Positions 5,754 through 15,457 of a stretch of 25,242 nucleotides of DNA are shown piece after piece. The stretch is from a virus (taxonomy: Duplodnaviria > Caudoviricetes), in IMG/VR virus record IMGVR_UViG_3300010149_000159, positions 1 through 25,242 of that record; one strand, 5' to 3'. The translations under genes were made by a program, and so were the position numbers. The notes under the pieces are model-generated. The model worked only from the letters and a program-made list of their open reading frames with translations, was not told the origin of the DNA and did not search any database. The number at the start of each line of letters is the position of its first letter. Within the stretch, counting starts at the first letter, position 1.

Positions 5754-6425
5754 TTACACAGGTTGTCCCAACTCTAAATATTTAGAATATTTTTTAATTT
5801 CTTTATGATTAAATAAATTTTCCACCAAATTCAAGCTGAGTGTCTTTTCCTTTAAATAAAATTTGAAACCCTTATTTCCAGAAGCATTTATTTTTGCTAA
5901 TGAATTTTGATTAGGTTTGTAGCCTAAATACTTATCCATAAAAATAATAGCATTTTCTTCGCTGAACTCCGAGACATAATTCACTGAAGAAATCCATTCA
6001 GGAATAATCCATAAGCCTGATTCATTTCCATCAAGAATAAATTTGAAGTAATCGTTTAATGTCATGTTTGCTAAATCAAAATGTTCTCCAAATGGATTCT
6101 TCGAAGTTTCTCTTAAAACTCTATGCCCCCAAAAAAACAAAGAGCAAATCAAATCAACAGGATGCCGCAGAAACATAAAACTAAAAAAGTTTCTTTCATT
6201 GTAATATTCTAAAATAGATTTTGAAATCCATAGATGTTGCTGATGAACAAAAATTTTTTCTGATTTTGAATTTGCTATAGATTTTAAATTATCTTCTGAG
6301 TAAAAAGGCATCCCAACGTGTTGAAAAAATTGAAAACCTGAATGCCTTAAATCTTTTCTAACAGTATCCATTATGAATGTTCCACCTGTTTTTCCGTAAT
6401 GACAGAATAAAACTTTATTTTTCAT
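5754..6425 (-). CDS. Sulfotransferase family 2-like protein
   Basis: FCHYGKTGGT resembles the 5'-PSB motif HxPKTGGT, and FLRHPVDLICS resembles the 3'-PB motif RxPxxRxxS. Both are degenerate. Confidence 0.7.
   Translation of the reverse strand: MKNKVLFCHYGKTGGTFIMDTVRKDLRHSGFQFFQHVGMPFYSEDNLKSIANSKSEKIFVHQQHLWISKSILEYYNERNFFSFMFLRHPVDLICSLFFWGHRVLRETSKNPFGEHFDLANMTLNDYFKFILDGNESGLWIIPEWISSVNYVSEFSEENAIIFMDKYLGYKPNQNSLAKINASGNKGFKFYLKEKTLSLNLVENLFNHKEIKKYSKYLELGQPV
5763..5770 (-). promoter_or_regulatory. TGGGACAA motif (putative late promoter element) upstream of the membrane/lysis cluster
   Basis: TGGGACAA-N6-TAAAGT, 26 nt before the ATG at 5736. One of four copies seen. Confidence 0.45.
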
Positions 6426-7488
6426 AAGTAATTTTTTCTACAAAGTCACATATATCTAATCTACCATGTTGACTGCACCAATCTAATACTAATTGAGAAT
6501 GTTCTCTGTATTTTCTCTGAAGCCCATCGTTTGCATTTTCAAATAAATCTTCAGTAAGATGAACGTGCCAACTTCTAACAGAAGTTATATCACAATCAGG
6601 AAATCTCCAAAAACCAATATTGTGAGACTGAGAAAAGAAATCTGTTTTAAATTTGCTAACTAATTTATACATACATTCTTGCTCATAAAAATTAGAGCCT
6701 TCTAAATAGATTTCTCTCCAATAATCTGGTACTTCAATTTTGTTAGACCATAGATAACCTGCGTTAAAGATTCCAAAATCTCTAGCAGTATCTAATTTTG
6801 GCCCAGCATGATAATGAGGAGAAAGAGTTAAATCTCCTGTATTGCTTCCATTCAAATTTGAAACGCAAAGAATATCAGCATCTAAAAATAGGCTATCACC
6901 GCATTCATCTATTGCCCATTTCCAAACATCCATTTTCAGAAGAATACAATCTCTTCTATGGTAAGTATTTCTTATATCTACATCTGAACATAATTCATCT
7001 GCTTTTTTAAGGTCAGATTGGTTTGCTTCTGTTCTAAAATTAATATCTTTAAAATCAAATTGTTTTAGATATTTTTTCGATTCATCATCGCAAATTATGA
7101 AAACAGGTTCTGAATGAAATACTCTTAACGAATATAAAAGAATAGCTGCTTCACGCATACATTCTTTTGTAACGATAACAGAGAATGATTTTATTGGTTT
7201 AGATTTTTTCTTTAAATTTCCAAGATAGATTACAGAAGGAGAGAAACCTTTATACTCAAATGAGTTTGCAACTTTTAATGCGGTATCAATACCATCAATA
7301 AGATCAAAACCAATCCATTCTTGGTTTCTATCTTTCGCCCAGAAACCTGCTTGCTTAACAGATTCAGATTCACCAATAAAAATAAATCCTTTGCCTTGCG
7401 GATCAAGTGCAGGGAATTTTTTATCTAAAGAGTCGTAAGTGTTAGGCAAATTGCCAAGAGAAACTACAAATAAATCTCTATTTTTCAT
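6415..7488 (-). CDS. GT-A fold glycosyltransferase (GT8/nucleotide-diphospho-sugar transferase-like) with N-terminal extension
   Basis: SLRVFH, LLKMD, FLDADIL (DxD), FNAGYLW, EQ, HNIGFW and WHVH motifs in GT-A order. Confidence 0.8.
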   Translation of the reverse strand: MKNRDLFVVSLGNLPNTYDSLDKKFPALDPQGKGFIFIGESESVKQAGFWAKDRNQEWIGFDLIDGIDTALKVANSFEYKGFSPSVIYLGNLKKKSKPIKSFSVIVTKECMREAAILLYSLRVFHSEPVFIICDDESKKYLKQFDFKDINFRTEANQSDLKKADELCSDVDIRNTYHRRDCILLKMDVWKWAIDECGDSLFLDADILCVSNLNGSNTGDLTLSPHYHAGPKLDTARDFGIFNAGYLWSNKIEVPDYWREIYLEGSNFYEQECMYKLVSKFKTDFFSQSHNIGFWRFPDCDITSVRSWHVHLTEDLFENANDGLQRKYREHSQLVLDWCSQHGRLDICDFVEKITYEK

Positions 7489-9373
7489 AAGCTGCGCCCC
7501 AGAAACTATTATTCTGAACAGCTTGTTTCAAGCTCTTACGCTCATGCCTTTTCCCTGCCCTGCCTTTTCTAATTCCTGATAGATGCAGGTTAACAAATTT
7601 AGGTAATTCAGTTATTGTGCTGAATTTGCACACGACAGTATCGCCAACAATATTAAAGCCAACCAGACAGGGATCACTCGCAGCGTGGCCCACAACTTTG
7701 ATTGATTTTTCTTCACAACTATGGACGTACTCCTTACATAACTTCGTTTCAAATTCATACTCAGTTATATTTTCTATAGTTAAAATATCATTGAATCTAA
7801 CTTCTGGAGATTCATCACAATAAACTGCAACGTATGTGTCAGGGTCAGGGTCTACGCTTTTAACTATTGCGCTCTTGTCGTTGTCGATTGTGAACGTGGT
7901 GCCATCTTGCGAGACAGATATATTTGTCCCGCCTTGAATATCCGCAACATTTGCATCAATAGTAATTTCAGCAGTGCCGCCAGTTAGGGTGATTCCTTCT
8001 CCTTCAAGTAGATCGAAATTATTTCCAACCGCTGCAATGGAATTGATACTTTGCATTACATCGTCGCTAATATCGAAATTCACCCAGTAAGGATAGGACG
8101 CCACCGTGTACGACGTTGAAATCCCGTTACCTCCTTTGAATGCAAGTTGATCTCCGCACCGAAAATTAAAAGTGTTAGTGTCTGTTTCAACCTCCGTAGT
8201 TAATACTTCAAGCTGAAGTTGAGTTTTTATTGCGCCGAACCCGAGTGCCGAAAGCTTCATTCCATCCGCAGCAATGAATTGATAATTTTCTTCACCAACC
8301 CCCGAAGCTGTCTCGGTGCTGACAGATGTTCCAACGATAACCCCGTTGCCCGTTTTTTGGAGATCAATTGGCCTTCCCGTTTTAATTCTTGCAACACCTG
8401 TTGGCGATTCTGTTACGCAATCATTTGAAAATCTTAGAGAGGAAGGAGAAGTTACTGTTACTGATCCATCGCCAACATTGGGGCCACCATTAGAAACAGA
8501 AACAACTCCGCTGCCGTCATCTGTAACGCTGCCATTATTAAATTTAATCGTAGTAACATTGTTTACGGTAGGAGTTCCATCCTGCTCCTTAACAGTTAAA
8601 GCTCCACCACCATAATCTGTATTTGTAATTGTGACAGAATCAGCAGAAGCATCAGTTGTTAAACTGATACCTGTGCCAGCAACTAAAGTAAGAGTATCCT
8701 TGCTTTGATCTGCTTCAACATCAGTCTGACCAGCTACAGCAATAATACCAAAGTTTTGACCACTACCTCCATCAACAAAAGAAAGCACCCTGCTGCCGTC
8801 TGTTTGAATCACCTGACCAGATGTCCCATCCTCATGTGGTAAAGTCCACACAAGGCCATTGTCAGCGTCTAAAGAGCTACTGCCAGAAAGGTTGGAGGCA
8901 CTAGGAGTTTTAAATCCAATATGATAAGGTGTATCAGAATCCCAAACAAATAATTTTAGAATTACTAATAAATCATCTGGAGTATCTCCTACAAAATTTT
9001 GTGGATGAAATTGAAATCCTCTATCTCTCCACTGTCTTAACCTAGAGAATTCTCTAAATCTTATATCATTTCCATTTAATTCTAAATCATTAGAAAGGGT
9101 AGGTTCAGTGTCATATATTAGATCAGTCTGTAAATCTAATTTAAAATTAACAGCAGAAGGGTCAGTAAAATCTATTTGAAAATTATTCTGAGCAGGAGAA
9201 CCTGTATTAAGATTAAACATTGATCTGAAAACAATATTTTCAATGAAATCTCTAACACGAATTGCTTCTGAACTATCTAATAAAGTAGGAGTTGTATGAG
9301 GCAAAAAACCTCCTGCAAACCTGTAAATCTCATTACGTTGAGAAGCTATTCCTGTTGTATTTTTAATAGGCAT
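7478..9373 (-). CDS. Tail fibre / receptor-binding-type virion protein
   Basis: 631 aa, G/S/T/D-rich beta repeats (LPHEDGTSGQVIQTDGS, LTLVAGTGISLT, IQGGTNISVS), C-terminal YCDESPEVRF domain, downstream of the tape measure gene. Confidence 0.8.
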   Translation of the reverse strand: MPIKNTTGIASQRNEIYRFAGGFLPHTTPTLLDSSEAIRVRDFIENIVFRSMFNLNTGSPAQNNFQIDFTDPSAVNFKLDLQTDLIYDTEPTLSNDLELNGNDIRFREFSRLRQWRDRGFQFHPQNFVGDTPDDLLVILKLFVWDSDTPYHIGFKTPSASNLSGSSSLDADNGLVWTLPHEDGTSGQVIQTDGSRVLSFVDGGSGQNFGIIAVAGQTDVEADQSKDTLTLVAGTGISLTTDASADSVTITNTDYGGGALTVKEQDGTPTVNNVTTIKFNNGSVTDDGSGVVSVSNGGPNVGDGSVTVTSPSSLRFSNDCVTESPTGVARIKTGRPIDLQKTGNGVIVGTSVSTETASGVGEENYQFIAADGMKLSALGFGAIKTQLQLEVLTTEVETDTNTFNFRCGDQLAFKGGNGISTSYTVASYPYWVNFDISDDVMQSINSIAAVGNNFDLLEGEGITLTGGTAEITIDANVADIQGGTNISVSQDGTTFTIDNDKSAIVKSVDPDPDTYVAVYCDESPEVRFNDILTIENITEYEFETKLCKEYVHSCEEKSIKVVGHAASDPCLVGFNIVGDTVVCKFSTITELPKFVNLHLSGIRKGRAGKRHERKSLKQAVQNNSFWGAAYEK

Positions 9374-10014
9374 TATTCTGCTTTCGTAAGAAATCTTTGT
9401 TTTCTGTAAATATTACCTGCTCCATACGCTCTTGTGATTAATGAATCACGCACATTTATATATGTTTCTCCGCTGACTAATGCCTGATATGCAGAAATAG
9501 TTGGGGAAGATGTGCCATCTACATAATTTATTTTTTCGCCTCTACTATTTACAGAAACAAAATTAAAATCATCTGCAACAAATGGAAAATCTGTTTCAAT
9601 ATCTGTAGATTTTATAAAATAATTTGTAACTTTAAGTATTGCAGGAGTGGGGTATGAATCCCTATAAGATGAATTTGTATCATAGCTGTCATAATATCCT
9701 ATGAAAGAATATGATTCAGAAGTGTTATAGCTAAATGTGCTTGGAACAGTTCCATATTTTCTTGTCCATTCTACAAGACCATTCCCTATTGCATTAGGCT
9801 GTGTTTCTTCAAATAGAAATGCAGAAGTATAAGTTGCATCTGCTGTATCTAAAGCTAAAGGAGAAAAATAATCTCCATTTTGCACATAATCTCTTTCGAC
9901 TATATAGCCACTCGTATCTCCTAAACCCTGAAATGGATATTTGAATCTAGGAACAGAACTTATTTCTACAGCAGTCTGCCATCCTGTATTTGGTGCGTCA
10001 TCATTTCTTGGCAT
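9373..10014 (-). CDS. Putative tail tip / structural protein
   Basis: 213 aa, Y/S/T-rich, immediately after the tape measure gene and coupled to the fibre gene by a TAATG overlap. Confidence 0.6.
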   Translation of the reverse strand: MPRNDDAPNTGWQTAVEISSVPRFKYPFQGLGDTSGYIVERDYVQNGDYFSPLALDTADATYTSAFLFEETQPNAIGNGLVEWTRKYGTVPSTFSYNTSESYSFIGYYDSYDTNSSYRDSYPTPAILKVTNYFIKSTDIETDFPFVADDFNFVSVNSRGEKINYVDGTSSPTISAYQALVSGETYINVRDSLITRAYGAGNIYRKQRFLTKAE

Positions 10015-10022
10015 AATAAATC

Positions 10023-12353
10023 CTATTGATTAACAAATTTACCTTTTAAAGTTCTATCTATTGAGCGCAAACTCTTTTGCATATCTTTAAAAATAACTCC
10101 ATAAAAAGTGTTCATTTTTTTCAGCATTTCATTAGAAGATATTGTTGCAGTTGGCCTAGCAATAGCTGACGTAGGAACATGGCGAACTTGCAAACCCTGA
10201 ACAGGTTTTCCTATTTTGGTAGGAGATATTTTTACCGCAGGAACAGCTTCTGTTCCCATAATTCCTGCCATTTGATTCCTAAATTTTTCGTTATTTAATG
10301 CTATACCTTTTTTATACATTTCCAGTATTTTTAGATCAAACACTCTTTTCTGCTGCGTGTTTAATCTGCCTCTTAAAAATTTATGCGTTTCTTCATCTGG
10401 CCCACCAACAAGCTTTAACATATCGAAGAAAAATTCTTTTTGTTTATGCTTGCGTTTAAGAATCTCTCCCTTCGCTTCTTCTGACATTGTTGGAGTGCTT
10501 ACTCCTAATTCTTCTAAACTTTTAACTGTATTATCTAATTTTTCTTTTTGTTTCTTAAACCCATCTAAAAAGCCAAAAAATCCGTTTCCTTTCTTTCTAC
10601 CATCTTTTGTAAACGTATCATTATTTTTAGTAAAACCTAACTTCTCCATCATTTTTATATGTTCTGGATCAGTAGCTTCATTCATTGCTTTTTGGCTTGC
10701 ATTTAATATTGGTGATAATGAACTAGCAGCTTTTCGTAAACCAGAAGCAGCTTTGTCTCCAATAAGAGGAATATCTGCCATAACATTTGCAAGATCAAAC
10801 ATCATTTTTCTAATCATCTCTAAAAATGATTTTAAATCTCCTCTCATTGCCGCTAACGAAACGTTTGCAATTTCGTCAATAATTCCTTTAAGTGTATCAA
10901 ATGGTTCAAATAATAATCTTCCAAGAAAATTCATTTGATCTATATCTTCATTCATTTTCTTCAAAGGGTCTCTTGCAAGGTCTAAAAGACCTACTAACAC
11001 ATCAACGGTTTTAACTATTATCTGTGCTAATTTTGCTATATCTGTAAGTGCATTAACCATTGTTACTAAAACACTTTCTGATTTATCTGCATGACCTGTT
11101 GTGTCAGCTATTGCTTGCATTAAATGGCCTAACTCAACAGCAAGTTCTTCCAAAGCAGGAGCAACAGCTTTACCTAAACTTATCATGGCATTTCCTAATC
11201 TGCTCCAATCTAAATTTGCAAATGCTTTCCCTAATGTAATCAATGCAGGGCCAGCAGCACGAAGCGCATTAGCAAATGCCTCTCCTGCTCTTATCATTCC
11301 AGCACTCAACATTGCCATAAATTGTTGTTTAACAAAATCTAATGTTCCAGTCATCTTTTTGTATGCTGCATCTGTGGCTCCTGCTTTTTTTCCCATTTCA
11401 GCCATTTGCCCAGCTAAACCTTTACCTCCATCAGCAGCTAAAATTAAAGCCGCATTTCCAGCCTCAACACCTCTAAATAAATCAGACAGTCTTTTATTAT
11501 TTAGCTCGGCATCTTTAGCCATCATTTGTAATGCCTGATTTATATTTCCTCCTGCTTTAATAAAAGCAGGAAAAGATTTTCCAGAAATCCTTTCAAAATT
11601 ATCTGCTGCTTTAGAACCTGCTTTTCCTAAATCTGCGAATAATGCTTTTAATGCTGTACCTGTTTCTGCTGATTTATTTGGTCCCATTGCCTTTGTCATT
11701 TCTGCAAAAGCAGCAGCAACATCATCAAATTTAATCCCTAAAGACGCTGCAATAGGAGTAACTTTTCCTATATTTGCAGCAAGCTCTGGCATTGTTGTTA
11801 CACCATTTTTAATAGTTGTGAAAAGTGCATCAGAAACTTCTCCTGCTTTTTCTGCTGGAAGTTTATAACCATTTAAAACAGTAGTTAAAGCCCCTACAGC
11901 TTCTTCTGTTGTAGCAACACCTGCTTTTGCAGCCTTTGTAGCAGTAGCTAAAAAATCCATTACATTCTCTTTTGGAATTCCTGCTGATAATGCGTTGTAT
12001 AAAGAGGGAATCATTTCTTCTGGAAGAACTCCTAACTCTGCTGACAATTTCAAAACATCTTGCCGCATAGAATTGAATGCTTTTTTGCTTGTATCAGGTA
12101 AAAGAGTAAAAACTTCTGCCATTCCCTTTTCAAACACAGCAAATTCTTTTACAGATGCGGAGGCAAATTTTGCTGTGGCAGCTACAGCAACAGCTACAGC
12201 AGCAGCTAGAGCAGCAAACGCAGCAGTAGCAAGCCCAATAGCTGCGGCAATACCTTTTGCCCCTAACAATGCGCCTAATTTAGTTTTTTCTAATCCTTTC
12301 TTTAGGCCTTCTGAGTCCAGACCTAAAAAAGCTGTCATTGAAAATTTACTCAT
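10023..12353 (-). CDS. Tail tape measure protein (TP901-like core)
   Basis: 776 aa Ala/Gly-rich helical protein with FEKGMAEV, SLYNALSAG, GVTTMPELA and ETGTALKAL core motifs; follows the tube and chaperone genes. Confidence 0.93.
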   Translation of the reverse strand: MSKFSMTAFLGLDSEGLKKGLEKTKLGALLGAKGIAAAIGLATAAFAALAAAVAVAVAATAKFASASVKEFAVFEKGMAEVFTLLPDTSKKAFNSMRQDVLKLSAELGVLPEEMIPSLYNALSAGIPKENVMDFLATATKAAKAGVATTEEAVGALTTVLNGYKLPAEKAGEVSDALFTTIKNGVTTMPELAANIGKVTPIAASLGIKFDDVAAAFAEMTKAMGPNKSAETGTALKALFADLGKAGSKAADNFERISGKSFPAFIKAGGNINQALQMMAKDAELNNKRLSDLFRGVEAGNAALILAADGGKGLAGQMAEMGKKAGATDAAYKKMTGTLDFVKQQFMAMLSAGMIRAGEAFANALRAAGPALITLGKAFANLDWSRLGNAMISLGKAVAPALEELAVELGHLMQAIADTTGHADKSESVLVTMVNALTDIAKLAQIIVKTVDVLVGLLDLARDPLKKMNEDIDQMNFLGRLLFEPFDTLKGIIDEIANVSLAAMRGDLKSFLEMIRKMMFDLANVMADIPLIGDKAASGLRKAASSLSPILNASQKAMNEATDPEHIKMMEKLGFTKNNDTFTKDGRKKGNGFFGFLDGFKKQKEKLDNTVKSLEELGVSTPTMSEEAKGEILKRKHKQKEFFFDMLKLVGGPDEETHKFLRGRLNTQQKRVFDLKILEMYKKGIALNNEKFRNQMAGIMGTEAVPAVKISPTKIGKPVQGLQVRHVPTSAIARPTATISSNEMLKKMNTFYGVIFKDMQKSLRSIDRTLKGKFVNQ

Positions 12354-12951
12354 CTTTATTGCCTTCTAACTTGGACATTTCTTCCATGAATTCTGCTTTA
12401 ACTCTATCAGCATTTCTCTGCCAATTCAAAACTGCTCCCGCTTTTCTATGAGCAATATGTTTACTGTAAGTTAATGCTCTCTTTATAGGTAAATTCAAAA
12501 TTTGATCTTCACTCCAATTATATTCAGATGCTAAAAGATCAATAATTATCCCAACCCAATCTGAATTTTGAGATGTAGATTTAGAATCTGAATCAGAAAA
12601 ATTTAATTGATTCTCAAAAAACAGTCTAACATCAATAAGAAAAGCCTCCGCATTGTCCATGCGGAGACTTTCTTTAAAATTTTTATACGCTTGAGGATTT
12701 TTTTCTGTAAAATCTACAGATAGAACCCAACAAAAAGTATAAATGTCTTCTTCTGTTAATTCGCCTTTGTTAAGAAACGGATGCGAAATAGCATCTAGCA
12801 TTAAGTATTTTTTAATACTTAAAGGACAAAGCCAAATGCTGCCAACTTTTTCAGGTGCATCTAAAAATACTTCCTGAGAATCTTTTCTATCTTGCTCTTT
12901 AGCAGATTCGAGCTTTGGCTGATATTCAGCCCATAGCTCTTGTGCGTTCAT
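12346..12951 (-). CDS. Tail assembly chaperone (putative)
   Basis: Located between tail tube and tape measure genes. C-terminal LLASEYNWSEDQILNLPI resembles gpT-type segments. Confidence 0.65.
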   Translation of the reverse strand: MNAQELWAEYQPKLESAKEQDRKDSQEVFLDAPEKVGSIWLCPLSIKKYLMLDAISHPFLNKGELTEEDIYTFCWVLSVDFTEKNPQAYKNFKESLRMDNAEAFLIDVRLFFENQLNFSDSDSKSTSQNSDWVGIIIDLLASEYNWSEDQILNLPIKRALTYSKHIAHRKAGAVLNWQRNADRVKAEFMEEMSKLEGNKDE

Positions 12952-12958
12952 CTAACTA

Positions 12959-13312
12959 TTAATTAATTTTTTCGTATCCAGAAACAGAGCATTTAGCATA
13001 GTCTCCTTGTGTTTGAGCATCGCCAACTTCTGTTAAAACAAAAGTTAATTGATTTCGCCCAGCAGCTAATACCATTTCATGTCCGATCTGAGGATTAGCA
13101 GTAGATGAAGTTGCGTATTGGAGTGTTGCAGAAAATTCTACACGTTGCGGAACAGTAGTTGAACCTAGTGGTTCTCCATTTGCGTCATTAATATCTACAC
13201 GATTTCCCGCGTAGGTGAAGTTCATATCTTCTGCCACATAAGTAACAGAGTTAATAGTTACAGGAGATACTTCAATCCCGAAACTTTGTGTGCCATCTGA
13301 TGTAATAGCCAT
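12959..13312 (-). CDS. Major tail tube protein (putative, minimal)
   Basis: 117 aa acidic beta-rich protein upstream of the chaperone, with an AAGGA ribosome-binding site. Confidence 0.6.
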   Translation of the reverse strand: MAITSDGTQSFGIEVSPVTINSVTYVAEDMNFTYAGNRVDINDANGEPLGSTTVPQRVEFSATLQYATSSTANPQIGHEMVLAAGRNQLTFVLTEVGDAQTQGDYAKCSVSGYEKIN

Positions 13313-13352
13313 TTATTTTTCCTTTTGTTTAGTTCGTTATACTTTTAGTTAT

Positions 13353-13360
13353 TTGTCCCA
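13353..13360 (-). promoter_or_regulatory. TGGGACAA motif upstream of the tail tube gene
   Basis: Intergenic, 40 nt before the ATG at 13312. Confidence 0.5.
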
Positions 13361-13362
13361 TT

Positions 13363-14118
13363 TTAACTGGGCCACGCATCTTCTCTAATTGCTAAAATCA
13401 AAGAATACGAAAGAACACTTACATTAAAATCTCCATCAGTATCAAAAGATGTTTGATCTGGGCTAATATGATTTACTGTAAATAAATTTAATGCTGGCCC
13501 ATACTCATAAGATTGAACTCGAAACATATTTGCTCCGAGTTGATTAAATTCAAAATTATTTGTTAATAGCAGTTGAGTATCTGAGGTAACAGTTGCAACT
13601 GTATTGGTTTCTGTTCCTGCACTTGATACAAATTTTATTGTATCACCTACTGCTATTTCACTGGTGAATGCTGCACCTGAAGCTATACAATTATTTGTTG
13701 GGCTTGATGTTGCTGCTGTTACTGTGCCTGTCAGTTGAGGCGTTCCAGTTTGAGGAGTAGAATCAAAAATAGAGGAAGATAATGCTAAAGCTGTTCTGCA
13801 AGTAGCCCTTGCTTCTGCATGATTTGCTTGTTTTTGAGCATTATCAGTTATGATTGTTATGTTAAATGTGCCTGTGTAATTTTTGAAATCAAATGTGCTA
13901 GGAGAAGAACCTCCTCCTCTTGTGGCAGCTATTTCATTAGATGCTCCTAGCTCAAATTTGCATTCTACTCTTGGAGTAGTTAATTCAGATTCGCTTAAAG
14001 TTCTAACTACTGAAAAATCTGATAAATTATCCGCGAAAGCAGTTGTTATATTTGCAACAGCAGCTTTTTCTAACGCTGTTTCAAAATCAAAGCATTGCCA
14101 TAATTTAGAAGCAGCCAT
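13363..14118 (-). CDS. Tail terminator-like protein with inserted beta-rich domain (putative)
   Basis: Located between head closure and tail tube genes, with a central T/S-rich insert (LTGTVT...FTSEIAVGDTIK...VTSDTQL). Confidence 0.55.
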   Translation of the reverse strand: MAASKLWQCFDFETALEKAAVANITTAFADNLSDFSVVRTLSESELTTPRVECKFELGASNEIAATRGGGSSPSTFDFKNYTGTFNITIITDNAQKQANHAEARATCRTALALSSSIFDSTPQTGTPQLTGTVTAATSSPTNNCIASGAAFTSEIAVGDTIKFVSSAGTETNTVATVTSDTQLLLTNNFEFNQLGANMFRVQSYEYGPALNLFTVNHISPDQTSFDTDGDFNVSVLSYSLILAIREDAWPS

Positions 14119-14456
14119 TAGTCTGATGCGCTCCTATCAACACAATCTAATCTTAATGATGAATGAGATGGGTCTTTTTTGATTTCCATAACTTTATATT
14201 CATCAGTGCCTATGCTGAAAACCCAACCCTTTTCTGGGTAGGTAGAAAGGCCAACTAGATTAATAAAAAAAGTAGCATCAACTTCAACTTGCCTACCTGT
14301 ATCTGTTACAACAAAAGCTAGTGTGCTTCCTGTTCTTGTAGCAGAAAAAGTGGTTCCAGATTGGGCAGTAGGCAAAATGACAGTAAGAGTCTCGCCAAAA
14401 TCATTAATGGCGTGATTCATATCTAAAGAAAGCTGGCTATTTGTAATTGATGCCAT
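14118..14456 (-). CDS. Head-tail joining / head closure protein (gpFII-like, putative)
   Basis: 112 aa after the capsid gene; DFGETLTV and PEKGWVFSIGTDEYKVMEI fit the beta-barrel stopper pattern. Confidence 0.65.
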   Translation of the reverse strand: MASITNSQLSLDMNHAINDFGETLTVILPTAQSGTTFSATRTGSTLAFVVTDTGRQVEVDATFFINLVGLSTYPEKGWVFSIGTDEYKVMEIKKDPSHSSLRLDCVDRSASD

Positions 14457-14465
14457 TTTAAATAG

Positions 14466-14493
14466 GGGGAGTAGCCCAAATTGGCTACTCCCC
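14466..14493 (-). terminator. Strong hairpin (terminator/stabiliser) after the major capsid gene
   Basis: GGGGAGTAGCC-AATTTG-GGCTACTCCCC, 11 bp stem with a weak U-tract (CTATTT), consistent with partial read-through. Confidence 0.8.
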
Positions 14494-14509
14494 TTTGTTC
14501 TCCACCCAA

Positions 14510-15439
14510 CTAGGCTCCTGTGATTTTCTCTGCAGCAAGCGTGTTGCAGATTAACTCATCAGTCATCATCCGAACGCGAACCACATTAGCAGGGGGCTGC
14601 TCAGTGCGGAATGTTTCGGCGACGAATGCCCCACTTTGTCGGCCTGTATAAAACAAGGTGCGACCAATTCCATTATTGCTCAGAGGGCCACTTGCAACTG
14701 CACCGACATAAAAGTCGCTGTCAGACCAAATCTTAGTGCGTGAAGCAGATTGGCCCTTTTTAGCTGCATTGTAACGACTGTTACAAATAATGATTCCATC
14801 AACACCAAGAACTCTAGCAACTTGATCTTGGCCAAAGCTCAAAGCTCCGCTGCCGTTAATCAAAGAACGCATATCATCAGTTTGAACCATCTCTTGATAG
14901 AGACTAGATTCAATGATGAGTTGAATTCCCGTGAAAATTCCATTCGCGTTAAGACGCTGAACAGCATTATTCACATCGTTGATTGGTGTAGCACCAGAGG
15001 CATTGCTGAACGCAGCAGTAGCGGCTGTGCTGTTAAAAGAAGCACCACTAATTGCATTTGCAACACGAAGCTCATGACCAACCATAAGGTTGCGAGCGAT
15101 ATTGCGAGAAGCAGCAGCAACAATATCAAATTGCGCGTCAGACTCGATCTCAGCAATAGATAAATCATCTAAAGATTGCTCCACACCATACTCTTGGCAA
15201 GTATAAGTAGCAGATTCAATCTCAGATGAGGTGTTAGCAAAATTAGCACCAGCAGCACGGGGCTTGCTAATATCATTATCAAACTGATTTGCTTTCACCA
15301 CAACATATTCACCTGCTTTAGTGCCAGTAGCTAAAAGAGGAAGAATTTGAGAACCAACAAATTGTTGATCCTGCACTTCGTTTAAAGCTTCAGCAACTAC
15401 AGGCTGAAATGTAGCAGAACTAGAAATAAAATAACTCAT
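14510..15439 (-). CDS. Major capsid protein (HK97 fold, gpE-like)
   Basis: 309 aa after the scaffold and cement genes, with a strong AAGGAG RBS and a downstream hairpin. Confidence 0.85.
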   Translation of the reverse strand: MSYFISSSATFQPVVAEALNEVQDQQFVGSQILPLLATGTKAGEYVVVKANQFDNDISKPRAAGANFANTSSEIESATYTCQEYGVEQSLDDLSIAEIESDAQFDIVAAASRNIARNLMVGHELRVANAISGASFNSTAATAAFSNASGATPINDVNNAVQRLNANGIFTGIQLIIESSLYQEMVQTDDMRSLINGSGALSFGQDQVARVLGVDGIIICNSRYNAAKKGQSASRTKIWSDSDFYVGAVASGPLSNNGIGRTLFYTGRQSGAFVAETFRTEQPPANVVRVRMMTDELICNTLAAEKITGA

Positions 15440-15457
15440 TCTTTATATCTCCTTGTA

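Noticed and set aside
6798-8615. Plus-strand ORFs 6798-7010, 7617-7823, 8219-8428 and 8316-8615
   Set aside because: Antisense to the GT and tail fibre genes, mostly with non-ATG starts and no recognisable domains.
7478-9373. Diversity-generating retroelement or invertible segment in the tail fibre
   Set aside because: No template/variable repeat pair, reverse transcriptase or invertase seen in the window.
10357-12369. Long plus-strand ORFs opposite the tape measure gene
   Set aside because: Expected shadow frames of an Ala-rich gene with biased codons.
13345-13353. TTAGTTATT match to the sRNA core upstream of the tail tube gene
   Set aside because: AT-rich 9-mer without the CAGTG part, over 30 nt from the ATG and adjoining the putative late motif, so probably chance or not transcribed.
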